Source: Zancudomyces culisetae HAW-14-8 (Eukaryota > Fungi > Kickxellomycota). From it: a DNA stretch of 64,000 bases. The position numbers were made by a program, and so were the translations under genes. Every line of letters begins with the position of its first letter. Position 1 is the stretch's first letter. Shown here piece by piece: positions 1 to 11,795 of the stretch. Below the pieces are notes generated by a model, which had not been told where the DNA came from, made no database searches, and was given only the letters and a program-made list of their open reading frames with translations. The stretch lies in the NCBI GenBank assembly GCA_052426225.1, contig JBNJNM010000023.1, forward strand, positions 620,001-684,000, in the 5' to 3' direction.

Positions 1-480
1 ACATAACGTCTTGATGGGGATTGATGAACAGGGAGATATAGTGTTATTGTGTTATATGCATATGTGGTAATAGCAACTATTATTATATATTAGCTCCTAC
101 TTGTGTTTAATTTTTGTAAATTATGGCTTAGTTCAAAATTTAATCTGGATCATTTTCCCGAACACTTAATTTCCGAACTAAAAAAAAATAAGAAAAGGCA
201 TAAAGAGTAAACTAAAGTATTAGGAGTGACACAGATCCCCACACTTTTATAGATATCCCCATATGAGGTGGGAAATAAGTGTAAAGTTTAACACGATAGT
301 AGAATGCATTAAAAAAATAGTATATAAACCATGATCTGCTTTCCATAAACACAATAACATCAACAACAACAAAAACACACCAAGTACTAATACTAAGATA
401 TTATTATTAGTAATAAATAGCATCATTATCTTTTCAAGATACAGATAATCAAAACAGAAGAGAACAAAAGTAAGATAAAA

Positions 481-1007
481 ATGGTAAAGATCACAATAGT
501 AGGAGTATCAGTTGTATGTGCAATGCTCGCAGCAAATGCCACAGCAGTTGATCAATACGTAAATCTTTTTGTCAATGAATACCAAGATCAACAAGCGGTA
601 GCAGCAGGTATGGCAAGACTTCCAGATAGTGTTCAATGTTCAATGCTTCCAAATCTAGAGCAGCTGAGCTTGCTGATCGTGGCATTTTGGGTGTTTTGCT
701 AGGAGGCCTTGGACCCGGTAATATTGGAAATCTGGTCTCTGGAATTACTGGTGGACGCGGATCCGGTGGTAATAATTTAGGAAACTTACTTTCTGGGCTT
801 ACTGGTGGGGTTGTTTCTTTGCTTGGAGGGGGTGGTAGCGGTGGTTTTTTAGGTGGACTTAGATCTGGTAGTGTTGATTTGGGTGGCTTGGTTTCTAATG
901 TTGCTGGAGTCTTGGATCGGACAGTAATAGTAGAAAAAGATATACCAGAGTTGCACATAAACATAACAGAGCTGCTCATAGACATACTAGGTCATAGATT
1001 GTTTTAA
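481..1007 (+). CDS. Secreted Gly/Leu-rich repeat protein, split by a frameshift (or an unrecognised intron) near 636
   Basis: ORF 481..702 starts with a signal peptide (MVKITIVGVSVVCAMLAANATA) after an A-rich leader and a TATATAAA at 321-328. Overlapping ORF 636..1007 encodes Gly/Leu repeats. One extra A at CAA|ATG (634-638) would fuse them into a 175-aa ORF. Confidence 0.6.
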
Positions 1008-1139
1008 AATTCTAATTTTGACTTTAAGAAGGATTCACTAATATTTTGATCTCAATCTCCTTTCTAAATTTTTTGTTGAAATTTACTACACTTTGCAACG
1101 ATGAGAATTGAAAAATAGTAAACTTGACCATATTTCAAC

Positions 1140-1850
1140 CAGAAAAAAACTAGTAGAAGAAATAGGTTACTGAATAATTAGAAAGGAGAAACGACTTTTT
1201 AGCAGTCCTAGTAAAAGGAAAGATATGGGAAGAGAACCGGATTTCTGAGTAGAAGGATGAATAAGAATAGCAGAGCAAAATAACAAGTGGTGGAGTCAAC
1301 AGATAGAGATTTTGCGGGAAATTATAAAAAAAGGAAACAAAGATCACCACCCGCAAAAGGCGCGCATTTATGTAAAGACGAGAGCAAACAAACAGATGGC
1401 AGCTGGCAGACAGAGAGCATACCACGGAAATATTGATGAAACTACCGATTATTTCGAGTACCGGTACCCGTGTTGAAACAATAAAAATATAGAAATGATT
1501 AAACATGCTCTTCTGGGCGGTGCAAGGTGGGTTCCAGTTTGAATAAAGTTCCTGATGCAATACATTTCAGAACTATTAACAGCAGGAAATGAGGAGAGAA
1601 GTAGTAGTGAATGATGGCGGAGTTTTTTTGTAGGGCGACTCATTGGAGGGGAGTCAAAAAGAATGATTACTCTCTCCGTTAAGAAGAGAGTAACCGAGGC
1701 ACTATCCTTGGTTTAGCTAGAAAAAGAGAATATCTTGGATGGAGTCTGTCAATATAGGATGCAAATCTTAGACCGACTTAAAGTAGATATTTTATAGGAT
1801 TATTTTTTGTAGTTTTATATGATATTTATTTAATAAGCTAGTTAAACTAA
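1140..1850 (+). mobile_element. Degenerate 3' end of a non-LTR (LINE-like) retrotransposon
   Basis: Purine-rich, stop-riddled coding remnant. EYRYPC*..IEMIKHALLGGARW resembles the CCHC knuckle 'CPCC..ETIEHxLLECxRW', followed by RLIGGES and an AT-rich tail that recurs at 12890 and 11090. Confidence 0.5.
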
Positions 1851-1971
1851 AAACGAACCATTTTACTAAATAAGTTATAAAATTAAGATTATGGAATTAG
1901 CACGGCTGGAATAACAGAAAATATTTAAACCAAGAATACACTTTTGGCTTGGGCTACTTTCAGCCTATCGA

Positions 1972-2709
1972 TTATTTTCCACCGGCAGTTGGCTTTGGAG
2001 CGGCGGCTGATGCAGCGGCTGATGTGGCAGCTGGTGGTGTAGACTCCTTAATTGCCTTTCTCAATTTTCTATAGCTTTTCAAGGTGCCAGTACTTTTAAG
2101 GTTGGCGAATGCCTTCTTGAGCTCATCAAATACTGGATCGCTGAAAAGCTTGTTTACACGTGCTCTCTTGGATCTGAGGCATCTGCTGCACTTCTTGCAT
2201 GCCTTGAAGCATCTGAATGGTCTAGTGCGTTTCCAGAACTTCTTAGCAGTCATCTTTCTGCATTTAACTTGGCACTCATCAGTGCACTTCTCATACTCAG
2301 GGCCTTCAAACTCAGAGCACTTTCTTTCACATCTTTGCATGCATCTTCTTCTGGCTACTCTGAACAAGCACTTTCTGAATTTTCTCTTGCATCTTCTAAC
2401 TCTTCTTGATCCTCTGCGTTTTCCGGCAGCCAACTCATTTCCTAAAGCTCCATCGCAGGACTCGTTTGAATACTCACTATTGTTCTCAGCGTAGGTTAGG
2501 TCACCCAGGTTTTGGATCCAATCTCCATTGTTGTTGTTGGTGTTTTCGTTTTGGTTGAAAACAACACCTTCATTTCCAGACCCATCAATTTGGTTATCAA
2601 ATTGACGTACTGAATTTTGATACTCATTGCTTTGTGCCTGTTGTGAGAATGCGGATACGCTCAAGGCGTTTAAAGCGAGGGTCAGCAAACTAAGTGTAAA
2701 GGCTTTCAT
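1972..2709 (-). CDS. Secreted protein with acidic Asn-rich propeptide and very basic Cys-rich (CX3C ladder) domain
   Basis: ATG at 2709. Signal peptide MKAFTLSLLTLALNALSVSA, KR dibasic site (AAGKR), 12 Cys in an Arg/Lys-rich segment, Ala/Pro tail. TATA motif at 2839-2846. Confidence 0.85.
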   Translation of the reverse strand: MKAFTLSLLTLALNALSVSAFSQQAQSNEYQNSVRQFDNQIDGSGNEGVVFNQNENTNNNNGDWIQNLGDLTYAENNSEYSNESCDGALGNELAAGKRRGSRRVRRCKRKFRKCLFRVARRRCMQRCERKCSEFEGPEYEKCTDECQVKCRKMTAKKFWKRTRPFRCFKACKKCSRCLRSKRARVNKLFSDPVFDELKKAFANLKSTGTLKSYRKLRKAIKESTPPAATSAAASAAAPKPTAGGK

Positions 2710-3269
2710 CTTTAGTGTATTTTCTAACAAGGTTTTTTTTAGTGAAGTCTAGCTAAGGGGTTGAATGATTATAGTTTTTCTTCTATTAGAGTGCGATAGA
2801 GCGATATTGAAAACTCAGAATATGGCCGAATTTGAAGGTATTTATACTTTTTTTATGCTGATAAAACTACTCTCGCTTGAGTAAACACTTACTATATTAA
2901 ACTGTATTGAATTAAGACGTGAAACAATTTGATACTAGGTATGTTTTTGGTATGTGTGCGTGTGCGTGTGCGTGTATGTGTATATTACACAAATATAGTG
3001 TGGTCATATTGGATTTTATCGAGATTTATGCCAAACCCATACCTTATAGCGAATTAAAATTGTAACTGCATGTTTATGACAACATATCAGGATGTGTAGT
3101 ATTTACTCAGGAGAATAAATAATGTAATACACCACTTTCGGTAAAAACGATCTGTATGTGTAAATTAGAGCACTTTTTACTGGCCGTTTTAAAATTAATA
3201 ATTTTTATTGAATTAATTAGCAAAAAAAACTAACAAATAAAAAGTAAATATTAACGCTGAAAATACAAG

Positions 3270-4150
3270 CTTAGAATATTTTTTTAAGAAGCGCAGAAGC
3301 TCCAGAAGGAAAGCAATGAAAATGAGTAGCGTTATTTAGACAAATACTAGAATAGCAAATTACACATACAAGAAGGAAAAGAGAAGGTGCAAAGAGCAAC
3401 CATGAGCAACTACTACCTACTCAAAAACAGAAATACCCGTCTGTTGATGAAAAAGATAGAAGTATGTCAATAGTCATTGCGGTCGTTGGGTATGGAGGAG
3501 AGATATTCGGAATGTCAGAAGCAGGGGTAAAACTGATAGAGCAAACCGTGGAAAATGCAATAAAAACAGTCACGGGTGTGGACAGATCAACGTATAGAGC
3601 CTTCCACGAGTGGGCTGGTATAAAAAAATTGATAGCAGACTTAATGTAAAATCCAATCAAGCACTCGAAGGATTCCTGGATTACAGGGTACACACGGTGG
3701 ACAAAAAGATTCAACAGCGTCAAGGTTGACAACATGCCAACAGGAGACTGCCCGACTGCAGTAGATGGGACGAGATTAGGAATGACCTACTTGTTGAACT
3801 TATAGATCATTATAGTTCTTTTTTATCTAGCACAATTTTCAAGTGTGTTGAGCTTTGCAGGAAAATCGTGAGTAAACACCTGAGGGAGGGGTTAAAGCTG
3901 AAACTTCCTGGGATTCTTCGGGATCCAAAGGCAACCTGCGTTAAAGCAGTGATCTCCACAGCCAGGTTTCTTAACGAAACTTTTTTACCCCGCTACCTAG
4001 TGTTGAAGAACATCAGCGTAGTCCCACTCCCCTTGAACCAACATCCATGAAATACGGAGACTCTAGAGAGTCGAAGGGGAATAGGATGCGCTTATTTTTG
4101 TAGATTGTTTTTTAAAAGCTTTTTATTGCCTAAATAAATTTTATTTATAC
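3270..4150 (+). mobile_element. Degenerate, internally deleted non-LTR (LINE-like) retrotransposon fragment
   Basis: Post-RT-like peptide SIVIAVVGYGGEIFGMSEA ... DSWITGYTRWTKRF with in-frame stop and frameshifts. DCSRWDEIR (~3755-3780) resembles the zinc-knuckle tail. Also STARFLNETFLPR. Confidence 0.6.
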
Positions 4151-6077
4151 CGAAAAAAACAAGTGTAGAACTGCAGCTGTAAAGAATAATAGTATTGTCT
4201 TTACCATTTTTGGTAGTTGATTTCAAATGATGCCTGAAACTAGCTAGCACAACTATCAATATTTTAAAACATGATTATACTTTTACTTTGCCATTCTACT
4301 TGAGAAAAGTCCAACTGTAGTTTTTTTCGTTATTCCAACAATCATTTGGGTTTCTTTATTCAAGCATCCACCCTAAGTTTTCCTTCAATAACATTCATGA
4401 AACTCTATTAAAGAGACAACCTGTTAGTATCTTTAACGGCCTTTAAAGAATATTATAATTGTAGAAAGGTTGAAAAAAATTCAACTCCTATGAATCCAGG
4501 CTGAATCTAGTATGCTTCATGTGAATATTTAGCAAGTAACGTAATATATTGTTTCTAATTTTTAACACATTTACAATGTATTAATTAAACCAGAATAAAC
4601 ACATGTGATGTGAAAGTAAGTTGAACGAGTTTTTATCCTTCCCTGTGAGCATAATCTCATCACAATTGTTGAATTAAAAGCACATTGTAATCAATACCCA
4701 ATACAACTAGGCACCTTTTTCGTTATTGGCTTTTCGATTTCGCTTCTCAGTGGATTAAAAATACTTAAATCCGAACACTAGAAACGGCTATGCAGTCAAA
4801 ATAAACTAAAATCTCCATTAATAAACCGATTGGTGCAATAGAAAGTGGATATTCCTCCGATGATTAAAATTTCTAAAAATAAAACCATTATTTTTAAAAT
4901 TCCCATTAACACACGAAAAAAAAGTACAACTTGCTAGGTGATGTTGAAATAGTTGTAAAACGAACAAAAAGACTCGGTCCTGTAAATAATTAGGGCCATT
5001 TGTCCATTATTTTCTTTTCTTCCCGATGGGAGGTAGTTATTGATATTTAGGCTAGTAAACGACCACAATTCTATTATAAAACCTACACTAGTCATGTTTT
5101 AGATATCCCTTCACCCCCCCAAAGATACCTACCACCTAAAAGAGCTATGAGTTATGATAGAAACTGAATATCTTGTCTAATTTGCTAACCATTAGTAAGA
5201 AAATACTTACACTATTTGGATTACAGAAAGGTGACAATTATTATTAATAAAATTAGCAGCATTTCCCGTTATATAATTGAGCATAATATTAACTATACAA
5301 TGTAATGTATTCAAATGCTATTGGTACGCTTAGTTTACTTAATAGAAGACGAATTGACTAATTTAACTTGGTACCAAGTTGTCTTTAATCTAAAATAAGG
5401 TAATAATAATCCAAATATAACAGCAGAGTAGCTTAAACTATGACGGATGCCGAAATATAATCTTTAAAGGTCAATATCACATGCTTTCAAGGGATTAACC
5501 ATAGCCTAACTTCAGCTCGTTTGGTTGGACAAAGTTAAAACCTATTACTAATATTCAAACATCCAGACACAATTATGTCACTTAACCACCTTAATAATCT
5601 AACTCTAAAGATTGGCATTACCAACAGCTAGCAGGAGAAACTAGCTTTGTTTGGTATAAATCCGCTTTATTTACCTTGATATATTTTTTAAATCTAAAAA
5701 TAGCTGTTGATCATTATACACACATCTATATATAAAGTTACTAAATATAGACTTGTCTGTATTGAAGCAAGCTACACTAATTTTCATAACATTGGACAGA
5801 TTTATAAGAGTTTCTAAAAGTTAAATGTGATTAGTAATAAAGAATGGTGCTCACATATTGTATCTAGATAAGTGAAGGGTTACAATGATAATACCAAAGT
5901 CATAGTCCTAATCCTATTGTACAAACATACTTTTTTAATAATTTTGTTAAGAACATACCCCATTGTCTGTGAAAAGTATAAAAGGCCTAAACTTTTTCGT
6001 GATTGAAAGAAACTACATCGCATTTGATTAAATTTCAACAATCCAAATTAGCATTAACAAAGGAAAAAAAACAAAAA

Positions 6078-6518
6078 ATGATCAAGTCAGCAATTCTCAG
6101 TATTCTCAGCATTCACAGCATTCTTGTACTTAGCTCAGCGTCGCCACCAAGTGTACAGAATAATACTTTACAAGCAACAGATGAAAACAGAGCTTTAGGA
6201 AACGTGCCTGGACCGATGCCTCCCATGATGGATAAAACTAAAGTTGAGTTATATAAAAACGGTTACTACCGAAACTATGTGGGTACCTACGAAATCGTAC
6301 CAAACAAATGCTATTCATCGAACCAGATTGGTGCTATAAAAGTTCTTGATTTACCTAAAGGAGATGGCGTGTTTACAACATGCACAAATGTTGATTGTAC
6401 GGGTAGGTGCTTTACCGTGTCTAAAGTCGATCATGTTAAGCTTAATGCTATTTATCCTGGAATTAGCAATAGCTTTGCAAAATCTTATGCTTGGATTCCC
6501 TCATACGCAAATTTTTAA
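6078..6518 (+). CDS. Small secreted Cys-containing protein of unknown family
   Basis: AAAAAATG start at 6078, signal peptide MIKSAILSILSIHSILVLSSA, 4 Cys, TATAAAAG at 5977, AATAAA after the stop. Confidence 0.8.
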   Translation: MIKSAILSILSIHSILVLSSASPPSVQNNTLQATDENRALGNVPGPMPPMMDKTKVELYKNGYYRNYVGTYEIVPNKCYSSNQIGAIKVLDLPKGDGVFTTCTNVDCTGRCFTVSKVDHVKLNAIYPGISNSFAKSYAWIPSYANF

Positions 6519-7179
6519 GATTTTTATTGCTAGGCTCGCTATTTTTTAGTGGTAGAGCTATTTAGATTTAAATGAATAAATTATTTAACTATTCCACATA
6601 AGAACGTCATCTTGAACATAAATTTGTATGTTTGGCACTATAACGCATGATCAAGAATAAATATGTATAAATTGACAATCTTCTGACCTGGTTGAGTATT
6701 CTAGATACTTTTATATATATAGGAATACTGTTCAATGCCAATATCCCGATTGTTTTACTTTTATTAAGCCAAATTTTTTGGTCAGTTTATTAATGATATC
6801 ATGTAAAGCGACAAAAACAGTAATCACACATAACAGTTTTCTGAATCAACTCTTTTCTGCCACCTTAGGGATTCTATGCCCATCATACATTGATTCGAGG
6901 ATCTGTCTGCACCTATGAACTGACTTTTTATTGCTTTGTATTAAAAGAAAAACATGGTATAGTCAGAGTTTGTAAGTTTTCCAGTGAGCTTTCATTTATT
7001 AATCACTTTTAAAGATATAGGCTTGCTAGAAAAATTTAAAGATTTTTAGTAGTGTACTGCCCTGAACAACATTTAAAATAAAATAAATTTAAGTCTCAAA
7101 AATAAGTCCACATTTTAACCCAACCTCCATAAAAATATCAAGCTTTTCAAAATTTATATTATCAAATATGAAACTAGTC

Positions 7180-9025
7180 CTAGTGTTCACATAATGAGAA
7201 TTGACGCTCAAATGAAATTCCATCTTGTTCATTGACCAAATACTATTTTAATAGTTAGTTACAACAAAATAGTGACATTTTAGTTAACATCTTAACTCGG
7301 TAAGACACAATATAACAGTATCATCAGGTAAATACATAAACACAGAGTATTCTATATTACCTTTCTTTCTGCCATGAGTTGTTCTCTATACTTCTCGGCA
7401 TCATTTCTTTCGATTGGCCAGTCCATATGCTTATTAATATTTTCCAAAACGAGAGATGGTAGATTGGTTAGTTTTGATGAGTTTTTATTGAGTTCTTCAA
7501 CATACCACTCCTTTTGTTGGGGTGGAACAATCGCTGTGGAATAGACTCGGTTGTTTGGATTCACTAAAAAGAAACACAATATTTTTCTGACTCCCGGCTT
7601 GGTCTTGTCGACTAACTCAAATGGCTGTACTTGATGCTGGTACCGATTAGGAAAAGATAAACATCTCCCTTCGTGGGTTGCTACTCCTCCCAAAAACTGA
7701 TTCAATGCCCCTTCATTTTCCAACCCATAAGTTAACTTAACACCTAGATCGTCATATTGTTCATATCCTGGTTCTCTTACTGCTTTTCGAAAGTTTAATT
7801 TCGATTCAGTGATGTTTTCCTGGTGATAGTAGTATATTCCGGTGCTTACAATATCTTCATTCAACATACCCTCGATGTGCCAAACTCCACCCTTGTATGT
7901 TGGTTTTTCTGGGGTTAGACAAATGTTGGCCATCTTTACAATAACCTGAAGCCTTGTTCCTTTCAAATCAACTCTGTCAATGGGTTTGTTGATATTTTGT
8001 TGAGAAAATAGATACTCAGCGGGTGGTATAACCAATTTTTCCTCGCAGAATCTTTCCCTAATCTCGTATATACCATTATCACTATCACTATCACCATCAC
8101 CATCACCATCACCATCTTCATCTTGTTTTTTTTTTAGAGGCTTATTTTCCTCTTTACAGATTCTGCAGATAAATTCACTCTCACTTTCAATATAGTACGT
8201 TCTTGGTGCAATGCGTGGGGTTTGTCTGCTAACGTATTTTTCGGTTGAATATGTCAATACTTTGCTAAATATTGGCACAAAGTGACTCAACACTTGTTCA
8301 ATGCAAGTGTAAAGTTTACCGTATTTTTTGGGGTTCAGATTGTTGATGTATGACAAGATTTTTGTGTTTCCTTCAGCATCCACATCTACTTCTGCGGGTA
8401 ACCATTGGAATTTATCTGATATAACAATATCATACCACTTACGCTTTCTGCTATCTTTGTCAGTTTCAAATACTAAATTATCCACGCTTCCTGCACCCAA
8501 GTTCATATAGCTCCTCATTATATCCGTTTCATTAGGACTCAAATCCTTTGTAACCGCCCTGCTTACTCCATTGATAACAGAATAGAGTGATGGATGGACT
8601 AGGTCCAGGACTTGTTGGTCGGATCCAGGATGCCAGTCCTGGCTATTTTTGGTATCTTTTTCAAACTCTTCGACAGCTTGGATAAGCTGGTTTAGTACGG
8701 ATTTTGGAATGTACTCGTCTGCAAAAAACGTTCCATCTACGGCTTCTAGTATTTTTTCTCCCTCAGCGTAATCTTCTGCCAAATACTTGCACTCATCAAG
8801 AGCAAACTGGATATCCTTTTCATTAAAGTTGGCAAGCAACTCTTGTTTCCATTTTGCCCGTATTTCTGGATCTTTTATTTTTATATTCCATCGTTTTTTG
8901 CTTCTGATTTCGCTTACTATCTTGACAATGTTCTGTTCAACCAAGGTCATGGTGTACTCACCTTCACCAATATCAAACCCATGAAAAACAGAAAAAAATT
9001 TTGGTAGTACTTTTTTTGAGCTCAT
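7180..9025 (-). CDS. DUF4246 family protein (putative 2OG-Fe(II) oxygenase-like fold), 2 exons
   Basis: Family motifs DWHPGS, LDLVHPS, FQWLP, QVIVKMANI, WHIEG, FPN.YQH. Intron 7243-7360 (GTAATA..CTAAC..TAG) adds exon YLVNEQDGISFERQFSLCEH*, the typical FSLCEH C-terminus. Confidence 0.9.
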
Positions 9026-11640
9026 TTTTGTTATCCAATTTATTGTGTTATTGACTTTTTTCAGTGTAAAGGTTTAAAGTTATAAGTTTTTAAATTTACT
9101 TTGAGTAGCTGAGAACTATTTATACCTTCTTTTTTTTTACTCGATGAGTCAGCAAATGTAAGTACGTACTCTAATTCCCCATTTAACTGGTTTTACGCGT
9201 AATTTATAGATCAAATTAGACATGTAATATATCATAAGATAAAAATTATTAAAAATATTTAATTACACAGCTATAAACAGAACCTAATAAAAGCCAATTT
9301 CAAAAATTGCAAGCTAATGCCAAAAGAACCGAATGAAGATGTCTCTGAAGGGTACTCTATTAGGAAAACATGCAATATAGTAGCCAATTGCGACAAAAGA
9401 TTATTTTTTTTCTTGATTTTTTCTGCGCGATACACAAATGATATATTACCAACAAATGCTTTCTACCTATTTCTGTACCAAAAAGTGAAAATAAGACGCA
9501 AAAGATAAATATGGCTGTGCTCCTTTGGGACTTCAAGTAATTCTGAGTATACATAAGTAACATTGGGCAATTTAGCAGTACTGTTTTGAATGATTTGTAA
9601 ATATAAGCGCAAATGCAAATTCAAATGAAAATGCAAATAAAATGTGTAATTTGTAACATGTAGCGAAATAAAACATGTCCCCAAAAAAGGACTAGGCAAA
9701 GAAACTCCAGTACTCTTTAGTTAGGTTGTTTTCTTTTCTGCAAAATCAATACATGTTTTCCGATATAATTAAGTGTCTTTAGGCTAATAATTATTGAGTA
9801 AAAATATACTATACTTATGCTCTTAAACCTATTATAAGTATACGTATATATTTTGAGAATAAAACACTTATTTCTAAAGTAAAAAGAAAAGCGTTTTAAA
9901 AGCAAAAGCATTATAGTGAGAGCTGGTAGTGATTGATTCGTAGTTCGGTCTGATGTATGCTATGAAGCAGGCTAAAAGAGATAGAAATCATTGATAAAAA
10001 AGAATGAACAAAAAGATAAGTGCCTTGTACATCAAAAAATAGTGAATTTCATAATCCCAGTCCAAACTAACAAGATAGTGGATTTATCAAAACTGGAAAA
10101 TATATCTATATGGCTTTCAATTTTGCCATCAGTATTTCTTTACCTTTTGTTTTATAACTGTTAAATTAGTACAGTCACATTTTAACGTTATAGAAAAGCT
10201 AAAATAATTAGGAATTGAATAGTTTGAAGCAGAATATATAGCTGTAAAAAAGAGAATATATTAAAGTGTATCAATATTGGTGTACAATTTGAATTGTTTT
10301 TGTCAGAGTTTAATAAAATTATTCATATAATGTTTACGTTTGCTACAATACTCCAAAATCCATAAAGCAAGACTATTGCTTCAGAAAACTCCATTAAAAA
10401 AACAACCAAGCTAAGGGCTTTCAGTTGGAATCAACAATGAAGCCAGAATTGGATTTGAAATCTGTGTGGTATAAGAATTATGGTGTGGGAGAGTAATGTC
10501 TTATGGTGGATTTGGTGGTGAGCAGGCCGAGAAACCGCACCACTACTATCAGCTTAATGATGTTACTAATCAAGGTGCGACATTCTAATCTAATTATGTT
10601 AAGAAATTTAAAGGCTCATCATTGTAATTGAATTAGGATCGATTAAATATTTCTGAGTGGTTGTATTTTGATTTATTTTGATTTTGTTGAGTGGAATAGG
10701 TTTAGACACATTAATAAATATTTAGCCAGTGAAAAGAGTTCTCTGAGCAAAGGAAGCGATGAAAACACATACAAAGATGGATTTGGTGAGTTTGATGATG
10801 AATATTTAAAAGTGGAAACCGAAGTTGATTGTTTCACTTATACATTTGCAAAAGGACCAATATAGGAGTCTTCTTGTAACAAAATGAATTATAATTGAGG
10901 TAAAACGACGCATTTAAGGAGTATTTATACCAACACTAACGATAAAATCAAAATTTATAGATACTAATGTATCTATTGTGTACGATCGTGATAGCGAATA
11001 ACGAAATCGAAGAAACGATTAATTTTTAAAACCTTAGTTCTACTATCTAAAGCTGAGCATTTCCAATTGAAATATTCAAGCTTTCTTGGTATTATACAGG
11101 GGTGTTTATTTGTATTTTTATGTGGTATTAGTTTAATGAATTAAACGTGTAAAGAAATAAAATGAGCAGTAAAAGAGATATTAATGCCAGAGTTTAGTTT
11201 GGTTATATATTTGTAAAAAAGCAGAGATATTTTATAAAGCCCCTAATGAGTAAAAAAATGTAATAGAGGATAAAGTGCTGTGATATTTTCTAAAAAGTAG
11301 CGAATAGCAGAATCAGCGCAACTAGAAAATAAGAGATAGAGAGAGGTGAAATGGCAGTGGGAAATTTTGTGACAGAATCACAAAGAAGCTAGAAAAAAAT
11401 CAATTAAAATATTAGTGGATCCATTTTTGCTATTGGGTAGCAGGATGGGTTTTGTAAATGCAATTTTAACGAATATAACTAAAAATGATAAGTATATCTA
11501 AATGATTTATAATCATATATTCTTGATTTTTGGCAAAAGTAACTCGAATGTGTAATGCACTTTTTCAAGTGTACAAGTTCCTGTTTTCATAAAAATACTA
11601 TCCAAGTCTTGAGTATGTACATAGGAAACCAGATATCAAG

Positions 11641-11655
11641 AAAAAAGTATAAATA
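11641..11655 (+). promoter_or_regulatory. A-tract plus TATA box (AAAAAAGTATAAATA) of the metallothionein-like gene
   Basis: About 140 nt upstream of the ATG. The same 15-mer lies upstream of two other genes in the window. Confidence 0.6.
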
Positions 11656-11795
11656 GTCCACGACTTTTCTCAAAAAAGACAAGAAAATATCAATCATAAA
11701 ACCACCTAGTATTCCATACTAAATACAAAAAGAAAACAATAATACCAATAAGCTTGGCTAATAAACCAATACAAACCAGAATAAATAAATCAAAG

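Noticed and set aside
5365-5380. Perfect 16-bp palindrome AACTTGGTACCAAGTT
   Set aside because: Single occurrence with no associated element or target-site duplication.
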